From Octopus vulgaris (taxonomy: Eukaryota): 64,000 bases of DNA. The stretch spans positions 75,082,001 to 75,146,000 of the forward strand of contig OX597825.1 of assembly GCA_951406725.2 (NCBI GenBank), written 5' to 3'. Positions 1-14,098 of the stretch are shown here, one piece after another (the stretch's first letter is position 1; every line of letters starts with the position of its first letter). A program made the translations under genes and the position numbers. The notes under the pieces were generated by a model, which was not told the origin of the DNA, ran no database searches, and was given only the letters and a program-made list of their open reading frames with translations.

Positions 1-1874
1 AACAAAATGAAACCCCATTAAGTCAGCACAGACATATAATCATATGCATGGACACTCATACATATATATATATATACATATGTGCATACATACTTATGTA
101 CATACACTGGGAAGTGTAATAGTTTGTTTTGGTGATGTTGATTAGGGGTTAGTTAATGGGGGTGGTGGTAGATTTTGTTGGTAGTAAAGATCTTATGATA
201 AGCAATTTGTGTACTGAAATTTATTAAAAGACATCTATTCAAAATATTGAAGTAACAAGATAATATATGATTAATTCAAAATAATGTGAAAGAATAAGCA
301 TTACATTTGGCAGAGAAGTCTGAATGTTAAAGAGTTAAACTTTTAAACAAGGATTAAAAAAAAAGACTTTGTATTTGGAATATACCAAAATAATTTTTAC
401 TTGATCTCTTGTCTGCTACAAAGTACAAAACAAAGAAACACTACTCTCAATCCATTGGAAAGATTTTGATATACCACTGTAGTCTCAAATACACACTTGA
501 GACCTTCTCTTCCCTGCCACACCTTTGCCACAATACTTAGTTGTATTTTCCCATTCACCTAAGTACAGCTAGCTTGCATGTTGCTTGAGGGGTGGTAAAC
601 ACCTGAGAAGGAACGTATCTCTAAAAAGTCATGACTGAGATATAGTATAGAGAGTCTGGTTGTGTATGCTGTAGGGATGTGGTGTCGGTGGTGGTGGTGG
701 TGGTGGTTAAATAGCTCAGAAGCCATGTAAAAGTATGCAAAACTCTTCAGATATAGTGTAGTGTGTGGGTGTGAGTGCTGTAAAGTGGTGGTGGGGATGG
801 TGGTAAATTCATCAGAAGCCGTGCATCCATTTGCAAAAATCTTGATATAGAGCAGAGCAGGGATCAGCAACACTATTTGTAATAGCCTAGTTATTTGTTT
901 ATTTTTTGTTTTTTACCTATTTATATCTATTTTTGTATTTACCTGTGCCCCATATGCATGTTATATCATTATCTTACATCAGGAATCATCCCTGTGTATC
1001 CCCTCCCTTTCTTCCATCACTAGCAATGCTGATGTAAGCAAAAATTAAGAACTCATATTATGATAGACTAAATGGGCAAAATGCTTTGTGATATTTCATC
1101 TGTCCTCACGTTCTGAGTTCAAATTCAACTGAGGTCAACTTTACCTGTTATCCTTTCGGGGTCAGTAAATAAGTACCAGTTGAGTACTGTGGTTGACGTA
1201 ATCGACTTAACCCCTGCCTTGTGCTTTTAATAGAAAGGATTATTATTAACAGAATCATTAGCAAGCTGGGAAAAATACTTAGCGGTATGTCTGCCGCTAC
1301 AGTCTGAGTTCAAATTCCACTGAGGTTGACTTTGCCTTTCAACCTCTCGGGGTCGATAAATTAAATACCAGTTGAGTACTGGGGTCAGTGTAATTCACTA
1401 GCCCCATCTCCCACAATTTCAGGCCTTATGCCTAGAGTAGAAAGGATTATTATTATTGTTATTGTTGTTAAATCAATAGTCTTCTTAAGTAGCAGTTTGC
1501 TATCATAATAACTTGGAGAGTAATGATCTCCACTAGAATGATCACAATTTTTACTGTATGAAAGCGAAAATCTTAGTAGTGACCAAATGACCCTCTTAGG
1601 ATAAATGGAAGCTTGTCACAGATTCTGAAGTCTTATGATTCATAATTGTCCTGTGTGTTAGAAAAAGAAATAAATGTATGTCATTGGTGATAGAATGAGG
1701 TCAGTCTACAGATTACATCTTGAAACTGAGTCAGTAGTTGAACAAGTATTTTGGTCATAGACAGTAGAATCCTGTGATGATATATAAATATATTATGAGT
1801 TGTCAGCACCCCTACAGCTAGATTACATTGGCACTGATTAGCTGCATTTCTTATTTTCCATCATATTTAATAAT

Positions 1875-2460
1875 TTAACCCTTTAACATTCAGATTATAC
1901 AGTGAAATGTAATGCTTATATATTAACATTATTTTGAATTCATCATCATCGTTTAACGTCCGCTTTCCATGCTAGCATGGGTTGAACGATTTGACTGTGG
2001 GCTGGTGAACCAGATGGCTGCACCAGACTCCAATCTGATCTGGCAGAGTTTCTACAGCTGGATGCCCTTCGTAACGCCAACCACTCCAAGAGTGTAGTAG
2101 GTGCTTTTATGTGCCACCAGCACGAGGGCCAGTTAAGCGGTACTGGCGGCGGCCACGCTCAAATGGTGCATCTTATGTGCCACCTGCACAGGAGCCAGTC
2201 CAGCGGCACTGGTAACAACCTCGCTTGAATTGTTTTTCCATGTGCCACCAGCACAATTGCTGGTAAGGTGACACAGGTAAGGATCACGCTCGAATGGCGT
2301 TTAGTCATACATTATCTTATAGCTTTAAGATTTCAATTATGTTATTTAGTTTTAGAGTGACATTGTAGAATAGGTGTAAATGGTTGGATCTTGTCAGTTT
2401 GAACATAAAACAGGTAGAATATTCAGGTTGGGTATGGCTGGTTTAAATGCTAAAGGGTTC
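1875..2460. mobile_element. TTAA-CCC MITE (piggyBac-like ends) interrupted by a SINE fragment (~1940-2300)
   Basis: Ends ttaaccctttaacatt ... aatgctaaagggtt. An opposite-orientation partial copy lies at ~185-338. Confidence 0.65.
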
Positions 2461-3480
2461 ACCCTTTTTGAAACCAACTCTATTGAGACTGCTCTTTGTT
2501 CTACGATACAAACATCTTATTTCAAAATGATCTAATTTTAAACTGTTCATATTTATTTCATTTTTATTTTTGTTCCAAACACCAGCTTAATAATGACAGT
2601 AACGATTATTTTACAAAGTTCTTCATAATATTAAAAAATAATTGATACAAAGATGTAGTTTAACAGAAATATGGTAACAAAAAGGTTTATACACAGACAT
2701 ACATGCACATCTAAATGACTTATATTTTAGATACCCAAACACTTCACTCCAACTGAACATCATACTTTATTTCTACTCCATCTACCCCTATTCTACCCCA
2801 TCTCAGTCCCCATACTAACTAGATGTAAATCCTTTACTTTCTTACAAACTTTCACTCAAATATCCTCCTCCCCTCACACAAACCCTCCCCAAACACCATA
2901 TCTCACCTAGAGCTAGATTTATTAAGATAGGTATCTTTTCAGAAATTGGTGATTTACTATAATAGCTGCTAGCATTGCAGCTGCATATATATATATATAT
3001 ATATATATACATAGATGTGTGCACATGCATACATCTGTAATTTATTTTCACTTTATTTTATAATAGTCCTAGATTTGTAGGAATACTATATTACTATATT
3101 ATATCTCTACCATATGTGAGTAGAAAGAAAGAGAGCAGCAGCAGCAAACCAAAACTAGCTGGGGAAAGCATTTGATGTGACTGATGGGTGCATACAAATA
3201 CACTTGTCATATCTTGAATAAGTGTGCAGCACACCAGGCCTGTTGGTGTTGCTAAACAGCATTTCATTTTCCTCTATGTAGGTATAGCTACGTGGTTAAA
3301 ACTTTGGGTTCATAATCACATGCTTCTTTGTCTGAGCCCATTGCATGCCTCCTTGGTGGATGATGGCATTCTAAATACTGAATGGACAAAGAGGGCCACT
3401 ATATCTAGTCTTGGGTTGTAAGTGTTAATCAAGCTAATCCTCTATCGCTGATTAGCAGAATCCTAAGAATAATGACAAAA

Positions 3481-3880
3481 TCATCATCATCATCATCGTT
3501 TAATGTCTGTTTTCCATGCTAGCATGGGTTGGATGGTTCGACCGGGGTCTGGGAAGCCAGGAGGCTGCACCAGGCTCCGGTCTGATCTGGCAGTGTTTCT
3601 ACAGCTGGATGCCCTTCCTAACGCCAACCACTCCGTGAGTGTAGTGGGTGCTTTTTACGTGCCACCGGCACAGGTGCCAAGGGAGGCTGGCAGCAACCAC
3701 GATCGGTTGGTGCTTTTTACATGCCACCGGCACAGAAGCCAGTCAAGGCGGCACTGGCATCGGCCACGTTAGGATGGTGCTTTTTACATGCTACCGCTAC
3801 AGATATCACAACTACAATTTCCATTTGATATTTATTTTGATGTTGATGTACTTGACTCAGTAGGTCTCCTCAAGCACAAA
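3481..3880 (-). mobile_element. SINE 3' region with (GAT)n tail (family 3), containing internal tandem subrepeats
   Basis: catcatcatcgtttaa...ttccatgctagcatgggttgg...cagctggatgcccttcctaacgccaaccact recurs at 1940-2300, 26063-26220, 63215-63400 and, in the opposite orientation, 41365-41533 and 51815-51962. Confidence 0.8.
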
Positions 3881-4834
3881 TTCGAACATCATAATTTTTG
3901 AGTTCAAACCTTTTTGTCTTTCATCCTTTCTAAGGATCAATATATGAAGTACCAGTCTAGGGCATGGGAATAGTGAAATTATTAGAGTGTCATATGGGCT
4001 GTGTTGCATTATTTGATCCAGCTCTCTGCATTCTAAGTTCAAATCCCACTGTGGTCTACATGGTTTGTAAGCTTAATCTGTCTCCCAGTTTAAAATGATC
4101 ATCTGGCCTTGAAATCCTTGAGTGGAAATGCCCACTCTGTTATAAGCATTCAGGGCAGGTTTCTGGTTTAGGGAATCTTCTCACCACTCCTAAAAGCTCC
4201 ATAAAGGCTCATGCACTCTACCTTTCCTCCTTTGATTACATCGTAAAAATATATCTGTTGCTTGGTATAACGCCATCCTCCTAGCTTGTGAGTGTCTTCT
4301 ATAGTCCAGTCCATTGCAAGCATTTACACCAAGTGTCCAAGCTGTGGACATTCCACACAATTTTGTTTTTTTTCACTTTTCCTTCTCCTTAACCATGACA
4401 TTTTGGCAGAATACATCACAAATTTTGTTCTTCCTATTCTAACTATACCACACAAAAACCAAATTGTCAAGTATATTATATTTTTAAATGAATTTGGAAA
4501 AAATTTTCAGTGACCTAATACTTTTCAATGCAGTTAGCTTCTTGTGATTTTTAGTGATAGTGGAACTTAGATATAGATATATTAAAAAGCAAAAAAAAAA
4601 ACAACAAAAAAAACACTTGTGACTTGCATGTGGGTGTCACCTCTAGCATGTACCATGCTTAAGCTGTTTTAGGTACTTATGTTGTCACGAGCAGACACCC
4701 TCTCAGCCCTTGCATTCTTGATGTAACAGATCATCCAAGATGTGATGACTGAGTGGGGAGTAAGAGAGAGACAGAAAGGGTTGTTGCATTTGGTTGGTAT
4801 TCATTTCATCTGAGTAGACAGGAGCAACATGAAA

Positions 4835-5614
4835 TTAACCCTTTTGTTACCATATCTCTGTTGACATACACTGCCTTTGTTTCAATTAATTTTGAAAATG
4901 ATAAAGAAATTAGTTAATTATCATTATTAAGCTGGTATTTAAGGCAAGCTGCTAGACAAAATGCTCAGCAGTGTTTTGTCCATCTTTACTTCCAAGTTCA
5001 GATTCTGCCGAAGCTGGCATTTTATCCTTCCAGGGTTGATTAAATAATTACCAGTTGAGCATTGGGGGTAACTTAATCAACTTGCCCACCTTTAAAAATT
5101 GCTGGTCTTGTGCCAAAATATGAAAGGGTTATTAAGCTAGTTATGCTGTGACCCCCTTCAGTCATGACTGACCATGGGATTGCACCTAGAAAGTTACCCT
5201 CCCAGGCACAAGTCTGGGCAAGATTGTTTATGGAAGACCAGCAGTCGCCCATGCATACCGACCTCCCCTCTCCACGCCACCAGTGTTATCCAAGGGAAAA
5301 GTAAAGGCTGATACAGCTTGGTACCTGAGACGATGAAACTCATTTCTACGGCTGAGTGAACTGGAGCAATGTGAAATAAAGTGTCTTGCTCAAAAACACA
5401 ACACACAGCCCGGTCTGGGATTCGAACTCACAACCTCACAATTGTAAGTTCGATGCTCTAACTACTGAGCCATGTGCCTTCACTATTAAGCTAGTATTTA
5501 AAACATAAATTAAGTTTTGACAGGTGGTTTTAATTTAGGTCACTTTAAAACAGGAAATTTTGTATCATAGAAAATACAGGTAGGTTTCAGGTGGGTTTAT
5601 ATCAAAAGGCTTAA
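4835..5614. mobile_element. Second TTAA MITE family hosting two nested SINEs (~4940-5130 +; ~5148-5482 -)
   Basis: Ends ttaacccttttgttacc ... atcaaaaggcttaa. tattaagct.gt recurs at the insertion junctions. An uninterrupted opposite-orientation copy lies at ~2460-2688. Confidence 0.65.
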
Positions 5615-7966
5615 GTTCTTTGCTCAAGGACTCATGTTGCCTATTCCAACAACAGGACCCACAAGTTGTGATTTTGAGTGCAGCACTCTAACAACTAGAC
5701 CACACTCCTTCACCACATGTAAATGTAGATAGTATATCTATACACTAATTTAGTGTTAGTCTCCTTTGAGATCATGAAAGCAACAGGTTAGCACTAGCAG
5801 TGTAACACTGAACTAAAAGTTTTAGATTTAATTTGTGGGTGTGATTTTAATGGAATCAGGAAGGTGTATTTGGTATGAACCACTTTACAGGACTAATATA
5901 GTGTTTCTTTGGTGAATAACATTGGAATACCAACATGACTATAAGATGTGTGTAACCCAAATTTAGGGTGGTCAGTTCATGGTCATAAGGTCGTGAGTTC
6001 AGTTTCTGGACATGGTAGTGTGTTGTGACTTTGAGCAAGGATCTTCATTTCACATGGCTGCAGTCAGTTGTCGGGAGCCCTAGCCAGGGTGCTGGTACAG
6101 GTCTCTCTCCTTCCAGCTGTCACCTCTTGGATTTTAGCCAGGTCGAGTATGAGAGGACTGGAAGAGGTGTCTGTATCTGCTCATGATTATATATGCATCT
6201 AAAATAATTAGTACAAGCATAGTGCATGTTACCAAGTTGTAATCACTTGTGAGTAACACCCTGGTAACATGTACTATTTACAAGCAGCTTTACTGAAGTG
6301 TTGACAAATGTTATAGATGAATAAAAAAAAACTGTTAACTACGATTGGTTTTAATTGTTCTTTTCTTTTTATTAAGTTTAATTGGTTTGTTTTGCAGCAG
6401 CAATGAGTTTATAGTACTAAAATCAAGAATTCAAAACTCTCTGCAGCCATTGTATTTTCGTGTTTTCTTGTATGAAATGAATGCTGCTTTCCACAATCAA
6501 TGTGGCTGATAACATACATCAGATTCAATTTATAGTTCAGTGGTAAACAGCTGTAAAATCAATATACAACCATTAAAAACTTATTGAATTACACAGGTGA
6601 AAGATGTGTGAACTCTCAAAGCTGTAAACATTAGTTAATCAAAGTTCTAACCTGAATGCGGAATGGTTTTGTGAGAGACTTCTGTAAATTTTTTGTCTAA
6701 ATTCTAGAAAAGATTTATGATAATGAAACTGTTTCTGTCTCATGCTCTGAACTTCAAGATTATTCATGACTACCCCTTAGAAGAGTAAAGTCTTGTGGCT
6801 TTAGTGGTTAGCGCTGAAATCCTGGTTGCAAGGTTGTGGTTCTGATTCCTGAGCTGAGCAGGGCATGGTGTTCTTGAGCAAACCACTTCATTTCATGATG
6901 CTCCAGTCCACTCAGCTGATAAAAATAAGTAACCCTGTTATGAACCGGCATACTGTTTAAGGGGCTATGTTGTGATCTTGGTTACTTACATGCCATGGAA
7001 ACTGAATAACCAGCCCTGTGAATTGTAGAACTTGGGACACTACTTACTATTTAGAAGAACTACAGGAATTGTCACTTCTGTCTCACACACAGCTTGTAGA
7101 TTTCTCCAGGTAGAAAAGGGAAATGGCTTTTGCAGTGATATTTGTATTGTGAAGTCTTATTCAGTGAACTACACAGCTTCCTTCAGTGCAGTTGCACTAA
7201 TTCTGCACTAGTTAACAGTTCTTCGAAAGCTTCAAGATAAAATGCTAATTAGCTAGCAAGCAAGCAGACAGCCACTTGAGCAATGAAAATTGTCACAGCT
7301 TCGCGTAAACATGTACACATCTGATGAAACACAACAATCAAAACAGTAAACTTGTCTTGTAATTTCCTGGGTTTCTGCTTTCTAAGTGTTGCTCATCACA
7401 TTAGTGGGCTTTTTGCATAGTTTCTTTTCAAATGACATTAATTTTTAAAGTTATTCTGATATTTTTGTTGATGAGACAATGGAATAGAGACAGAGAGTGA
7501 AAATGAAAAAAAAAAAAGAGGGAACTTTTTTTCAATTTCTTTCTAAGTGTTTTTCTTCCTATTTCAGTTCTATACCCTTTCTTTTATTTTCTCTTTCATT
7601 TTCTCTCTCTCTTTCAAGCTAACTCTTTCTCTTTTGATTCAGTTAATCTCTTTCAATCTCTCTCTCTATTCTACTATATTTTTTCAATCCCCTGCTCTCT
7701 CTTTATCTCCTTATTCTCTCTCTTTATCATCTGTCAGTTTAAAATTCTACTTGGTATCAAATTTGCCATAGAAATTCATATCTAACCATAAACTAGTTAA
7801 CAAATGTGGGACAATATATGCATATACACATATAAATATACACTCTCTGCAAAGAAGAAAGAGTACTTAATCACAAGGAAATTATACTGCTGAGATTACT
7901 CTTCCATGCTAATCCAAGTTTTATGATTCTTTGTCGGTTATGCAAGAAAGGCTGTATTACAGAACA

Positions 7967-8388
7967 TAGGCGCAGGAGTGGCTGTGTGGTAAGTAGCTTG
8001 CTAACCAACCACATGGCTCCGGGTTCAGTCCCACTGCGTGGCATCTTGGGCAAGTGTCTTCTGCTATAGCCCCGGGCCGACCAATGCCTTGTGAGTGGAT
8101 TTGGTAGACGGAAACTGAAAGAAGCCTGTCGTACATATGTATCTCTTATTATAATATATATATATATGTGTGTGTTTGTGTGTCTGTGTTTGTCCCCCTA
8201 GCATCGCTTGACAACCGATGCTGGTGTGTTTACGTCCACGTCACTTAGCGGTTCGGCAAAAAAGAGACCGATAGAATAAGTACTGGGCTTACAAAGAATA
8301 AGTCCCGGGGTCGAGTTGCTCGATTAAAGGTGGTGCTCCAGCATGGCCGCAGTCAAATGACTGAAACAAGTAAAAGAGAAAAAAGAGA
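7967..8388 (+). mobile_element. Full-length tRNA-derived SINE (family 2) with internal TA/TG tract
   Basis: A box tggctgtgtggtaag, B box gggttcagtccc. Related copies at ~45010-45420, 22640-23060, 36470-37035, 47600-48180 (+) and 14450-14850, 16760-16915, 21100-21375, 44280-44580 (-). Confidence 0.85.
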
Positions 8389-8649
8389 ATAGCATTTTTG
8401 GTGAATATCCTGGGCATGAATGTTGCCTATGATACGAAAAGTATGAAGTCTTTATAAAAATAAATGTGTTGAGAGTGATTCTGGCACACCAGGATCCATT
8501 TGAGCAGCAAATGGTCATTAGGATAGGACAAAAAATGTCTTTTGAGATGCCTCTGTACACTTTTTTAATCTAGGGTGCTAGTGATGTGATTAATTGGACT
8601 ATAACTTTGAGCTGCCTCTGCCCCACTTTACAGTGCTCTGAAGAAGGTT

Positions 8650-9200
8650 GTGATTCAGTTACTCACCAGGGAAACATTTCCCTTATATCTCATCATCAGA
8701 TCTAAGCTTATTGAACTAAGACTATTCATTGACATCACTCAGTGAAGTTCCAATACAATGGAGCCTTGGTTTATGAACACCTCTCATCACAAACAAAACA
8801 GTTTATGGACAGTTTTTTAACATAAAACATCTTGTGTAAAGAATAGTGTCTTGAGTAATGAATACACAAGCCAGCAACAATGGCTATCAAACTGGGAGTA
8901 TCAGTTGGAGACCGTCAGTTGCTGTCTAGATTTCATTCAGTGCACATCCCTGCTTGAATTCATTGTGTCTTCTGTTGAATTTCCTATGGGAAAAATTACT
9001 TTGGTTTGCGAACATTTCAGGTGACAAACAGCCTTCAGGAACAAATTTAATTCATAAACTGAAGTTCCACTTTATATGTGAATCTTGGTGAATTCCAGGC
9101 ATATTTTTCAGTTTTACAAGGTATTTCATGGCTATCTTTTTGCAAGCCACACACCCATTTAGTTTTAACTTCTTGAACAATCTGTGAACTGTTCTCACCA
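8650..9200 (+). mobile_element. Heavily decayed Ty3/gypsy reverse transcriptase remnant (may extend upstream to ~6400)
   Basis: Frameshifted motifs in the correct order: FQY..(M)P.GL.N...Q.FMD (~8748-8815), (K)CVF...EF(L)G.KI (~8960-9000), EF(L)G...FY (~9090-9125). Read by eye across frameshifts. Confidence 0.45.
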
Positions 9201-9726
9201 GGAATTTGACTCTTTCCTGCATGTCCAGAGTATTAAGTGTGTACAGACATTCAGTAGATGTTGCTGCTATTATTATTATTATTATTAATGTGATGTGGTG
9301 GCAAAATTGTTAGCATGCTGGATAAAATGCTTAGTATTCTTCCATCTGTTTTTACATTCTGGGTTCAGAATGTAAAAACCATATGTAGGGAGTTGATGTA
9401 ATCAACTAGCCCTCTTGCCCAACATTTGAGACCTTGTGCATTTAGTAGAAAGAATTATTATTCCAATAGAAATTGTAGAGACCAAGTATATGTTGGTGCA
9501 GATTCAAAAATTGTGATAGTACTCCAGTACAGGTCTAATATTATGTGCCTCTATACTTAACTCACCCATGTCTCTATGATACCACAAATGCTCTTGAATA
9601 AAGCAGGAACAATTCTCACATCATCCTATTTCTCCTTTGCCCACTATTTAAAATTTTGTCTTGAACCAACATGAAATAAGTTATTATTATGTGTTCTACA
9701 TTAAATTCTTTTCTTTATTTCCACAG

Positions 9727-9769
9727 CATTGGTTGGATCCTATCAAAACAGTTTATAAACAGTTAAAAG
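9727..9769 (+). CDS. FRMD5: Internal 43-bp exon of a FERM-domain protein (FRMD5/FRMD3-like), F1 lobe: HWLDPIKTVYKQLK(G)
   Basis: Polypyrimidine tract + CAG acceptor (ttctttatttccacag) and GTAAC donor. The HWLD..K...KQ motif is typical of band-4.1/FERM proteins. Its phase-1 end joins in frame to 54106. Confidence 0.85.
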
Positions 9770-12099
9770 GTAACGTAAATTTATTTCTTGACATTCTTGT
9801 TTCTATGAACTCTTGCTAGGAGAAGGTTTCTGTTTAATTTTTATGTTTTTAAAATTATTATTCCATCCTAACCCCACCATCACAAAATTAATTTACTGCT
9901 TCTGGTTAGTAGGTTATGGCCATGCTGGAGTATTTACCTCACCATTTATATTTCTCTTTCTACATTGTACTTTCTTTTTCATTCTCTTTCCATCTCGATT
10001 ACCTCCCTTGCCACCCATTTTTCTTATATTTGTTCATCTTTTTTTTTTGTCTTCGTTAGTTTCTTTTTTCTATTTTCTTTTCATTTTCATAATTTTATCA
10101 AATTTCATCGTTTTATTATAAAATTCTGTTGAAGGTCAACTATGCATTCCATCTTTCTGAGCCCAATTTTGGAAGGCGTTGATTAGTTAAAGTATCAGTC
10201 CAGGGATGGAGTTAATTTAACCAACTATGTACATGCTTGTACCTGTGTGTGTGTGCATGCATATGGGAAGTATATATATATATATATATATCATCACCAT
10301 GATCATCATTTTAATGATTTTTTTTTAATGCTAGTACGGGTTAAGCAAGCGATATTTCTGAAGCCAGATGCCTTTTCTGTTACCAAATTTTTTCACAGGA
10401 AGATACTGTTTCCACTTGTCTTTCAAAAGAGGAGCCATTCAGATACTGGACATGATACGCATACATGATGTGCTTCTGTATTGTTTATCAGTTCCACTCA
10501 TAAGGTATTATGAGTACCTGATATCATAGTGGAAGACATTTGTCCACATGGTCAAACAGTGGGGACAAAACCAAACCATGAGGTTTGCATCTCCTTGTCT
10601 TGACCTTGTGTCATACTTGTAAATGAGTTTCACCATCATAAAAGCAGTGTTGTTTGCTTTCAATTTGCCAACAAAACATGTCTGACCATAGGGAAACATT
10701 ACTGTCTCATCAAATTGCCTTATCTGACTGATGCAAGCAAGGAAAAATGGTCATTAAAAGGATGATTACAATAATATATATGAACAGATTGATTGGTGGA
10801 TGTGTGTGGTAATGTATATGTAAACAACACTGCTTATATGATGGTGAAACTCATTTACAAGTATCACATGATGTCAAGACAAGGAGATGCAAACCTCATG
10901 GTTTGGGTTTGTTCCCACTGTTTGACCATGTATATATACTTGTATATGTGTATGCATGTATGTGTTTGTATATATGTGTGTGTATATATACATACATACA
11001 TACATACATACATACATGTTGCATGAGACTTATGGATCAATACCTAGAATAATTCCTTTCTTTGATACAAACTTGGCAAGGTATTTTTTGTGGAAAACCA
11101 GCAGTTACTTTGCTGTTCTCTCTCCTCCCCATGTATGCCAGTGTCCCTTGTTCATGGCACCAATGTTGTCCAAGATAAAGGAAATTGTCAATATTGATTG
11201 GAATCAGTGCTGACACATGCTTTGTAATCTGAATTTTATAAGCTGTAATAGAGAAACAGTAAGGTGACCCAGTCCAGTTCTCTAACAGTTTCACCAATCA
11301 ACAACTTTAGATCAGGTATTTTATTTATCGACACCAAACATCTAGAAAATGAAGTTACTTTCAGTGAGATTTGAACTCAGATAGCCATAAAAAATATTGT
11401 ATTTTTTTCTCAGACACTCCTGACAAGCTCTCAATTTATCTTTGTGTGTGTATGTATTTTCTCATCCTCATCTTGGAGTGTTTGATAGGATCTGATGAGC
11501 AGGGGAACTTCATTGTACCCTTAAGTTTTGCCTTAGCATAGTTTCTATAGTTGAATGTCATTCCTAATGCCATTTCTTCAGTGTATTGGGTGCTGTTTAT
11601 GTGGTAAGAGCACTGTGTATGCGCTTAAAGCATATATGTGTGTTCTTGTGCACATATAACACCATCATGTGTGGCATAGGGTGTGAACCTCAGCTCCCGA
11701 GAAAAGTTGGCTGTAAGGGCACCATCATGACATACAGCACATTCTGGGAATTTAAAACCTGGTGGAGTCCATCCCTTTTTAGGTCTGATGGCAACCAATT
11801 TCTTTCAGAGTGAATGTGTGTGTGTGTGTGTGAGAGGGAGAGAGAGAATAAACCCTAATACATAACTGGTACTTTAATTATAGGCCATGATTGGATGAAA
11901 AGCAAAGTTGACCTTGGCAGGATTTGAAATCAGAGACTAGAGAGCAGGAATGAATACTGCCAGGCATTGTATTCAATGTTCTTAGCACTCTGCTAATCTA
12001 CCACCTCGTCATTTTTGTAGTTCATGTTTTTACATTATTGTATTTGTATTGAAATGTTGTTGGCTGTCTGATAAATGAAATCATTTAAAATTATAAATG

Positions 12100-12118
12100 A
12101 TATATATGTATGTATGTA

Positions 12119-12165
<47 letters not shown>

Positions 12166-12465
12166 TTATAGATATTGGATATGTGTCTATATGTATGTGT
12201 ATATATATATTTATAGATATTGGATATGTGTCTATATGTATGTATGTATATATATATATATATATATAGGATAAGTGTCTATATGTATGTATGTATGTGT
12301 ATATATATATATATATATATATAGGATAAGTGTCTATTTGTATGTATATATACATATTTATAGATATTGGATATGTGTCTGTATGTATGTATATATATAT
12401 ATATATATGTGTGTGTTGTGTGTGTGCATGTATACATATGTACACACGCATGCACATATATATTG
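12100..12465. repeat. Compound TA/TG minisatellite with a recurring atttatagatattggatatgtgtct unit
   Basis: The unit is visible several times, separated by variable (TA)n. Confidence 0.9.
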
Positions 12466-12952
12466 TAATATTTAACATTTTTCTTTTTTTTTTTTCAGAT
12501 CAATTGTTTACTCTATATAAATATTCCAGTTAATATTTATTTTGAATCCTGAACGTTTTACTTTCTCTCCAAATTGTTTTTGATATAATATTTAATACCA
12601 TTTAATATATTTTACCTTTTTTTGTATTGTCTCTTAGCTCACTTTTCACCTCCTCCCTCCTTCGGTCTGTCTGTCTGTCTCTTTCTCTCACACTCAGCTT
12701 CATTTTTTTTCCTTTCCCTATTCAGTGTTTCAAAAAACACTTCTCTGACAGATTCAGCTATTTGCGTCTCTATGACTTGTTGCAGGAAGATGCCCATCTT
12801 CTAACTGTTGAGTTTCTGTGTGTTTGTTTTTTCAGGTTAACAATCAATTACATCATTGAGTCTGGGAGCTGTGCTGAGGCGCTTTTTCTTTTTATGTGTC
12901 TAGTTGTAATTGTATGTTGATGTGCTGTATACATACGAGTGTTTAAAGAAGA

Positions 12953-12992
12953 ATATATATATATATATATAATGTATATAAATGTATACAAA

Positions 12993-13031
<39 letters not shown>

Positions 13032-13429
13032 GTATAATATATATAAATGTATATATATGTATATGTATAATATATATAAATGTATATACATGTATGTATA
13101 TGTATAATATATATAAATGTATATACATGTATATATATATATATGTATAATATATATAAATGTATATACATGTATATATATATATATGTATAATATATAT
13201 AAATGTATATACATGTATATATATATATGTATATAATATACATAAATGTATATACATGTATATATATATATATAATATATAAATATACATAAATGTATAT
13301 ACATGTATATATGTATATAATATACATAAATGTATATACATGTATATATATATATATATATATGTATATAATATACATAAATGTATATACATGTATATAT
13401 ATATATGTATATAATATACATAAATGTAT

Positions 13430-13461
<32 letters not shown>

Positions 13462-13473
13462 ACATAAATGTAT

Positions 13474-13504
<31 letters not shown>

Positions 13505-13890
13505 ATATACATAAATGTATATACATGTATATATATATATATATATATATGTATAATATATATAAATGTATATACATGTATATGTATGTATATATTTATA
13601 TATAATGTATATAAATGTATATATTTATATATAATGTATATAAATGTATATATATATATAATGTATGTGTATGTATGTATATATTTATATATAATGTATA
13701 TAAATGTATATATATATATATAATGTATATGTATGTATGTATATATATATATATATGTATTTATAGATAATGAATATATGTATATATATATATATATATA
13801 TGTATTTATAGATAATGAATATAAATGTATATATATATATATAATGGACATAAATGTATATATATATATATATATATATAATGTATATAA
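12953..13890. repeat. ~940-bp TA-rich minisatellite (unit ~aaatgtatatacatg(ta)n-taatat)
   Basis: Direct inspection. It is the source of the YI-rich spurious ORFs. Confidence 0.95.
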
Positions 13891-14047
13891 ATGCATATCC
13901 ATATTTTTTGGCATTTTATATTTCATATAAATATGTGGGTATACTCACATGTATAGATATACATACCTGCATACGTGGATGTAAATATATACACACACAC
14001 ACACATGCACATGTTTGTGTGTAAAAAAAAATTATACATATATATTT

Positions 14048-14098
<51 letters not shown>

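Noticed and set aside
7316-7362. CTGATGA…aaaacagtaaacttgtc hammerhead-like stretch
   Set aside because: No stem II, GAAA is mutated and stem I is weak.
7967-8045. tRNA genes suggested by A/B boxes
   Set aside because: They are SINE heads continuing into repeated bodies; no complete cloverleaf was found.
8988-9020. GKNYFGLR resembles the FERM 'EKDYFGL' exon expected upstream of 9727
   Set aside because: An in-frame TGA lies just upstream, there is no suitable acceptor or LDL/LNL context, and it sits within the gypsy RT remnant.
12848-13926. Long ORFs (205-327 aa) rich in Y/I/H
   Set aside because: Translations of the TA minisatellite. The same applies to ORFs at 56615-57445, 57872-58786 and 59185-59712.
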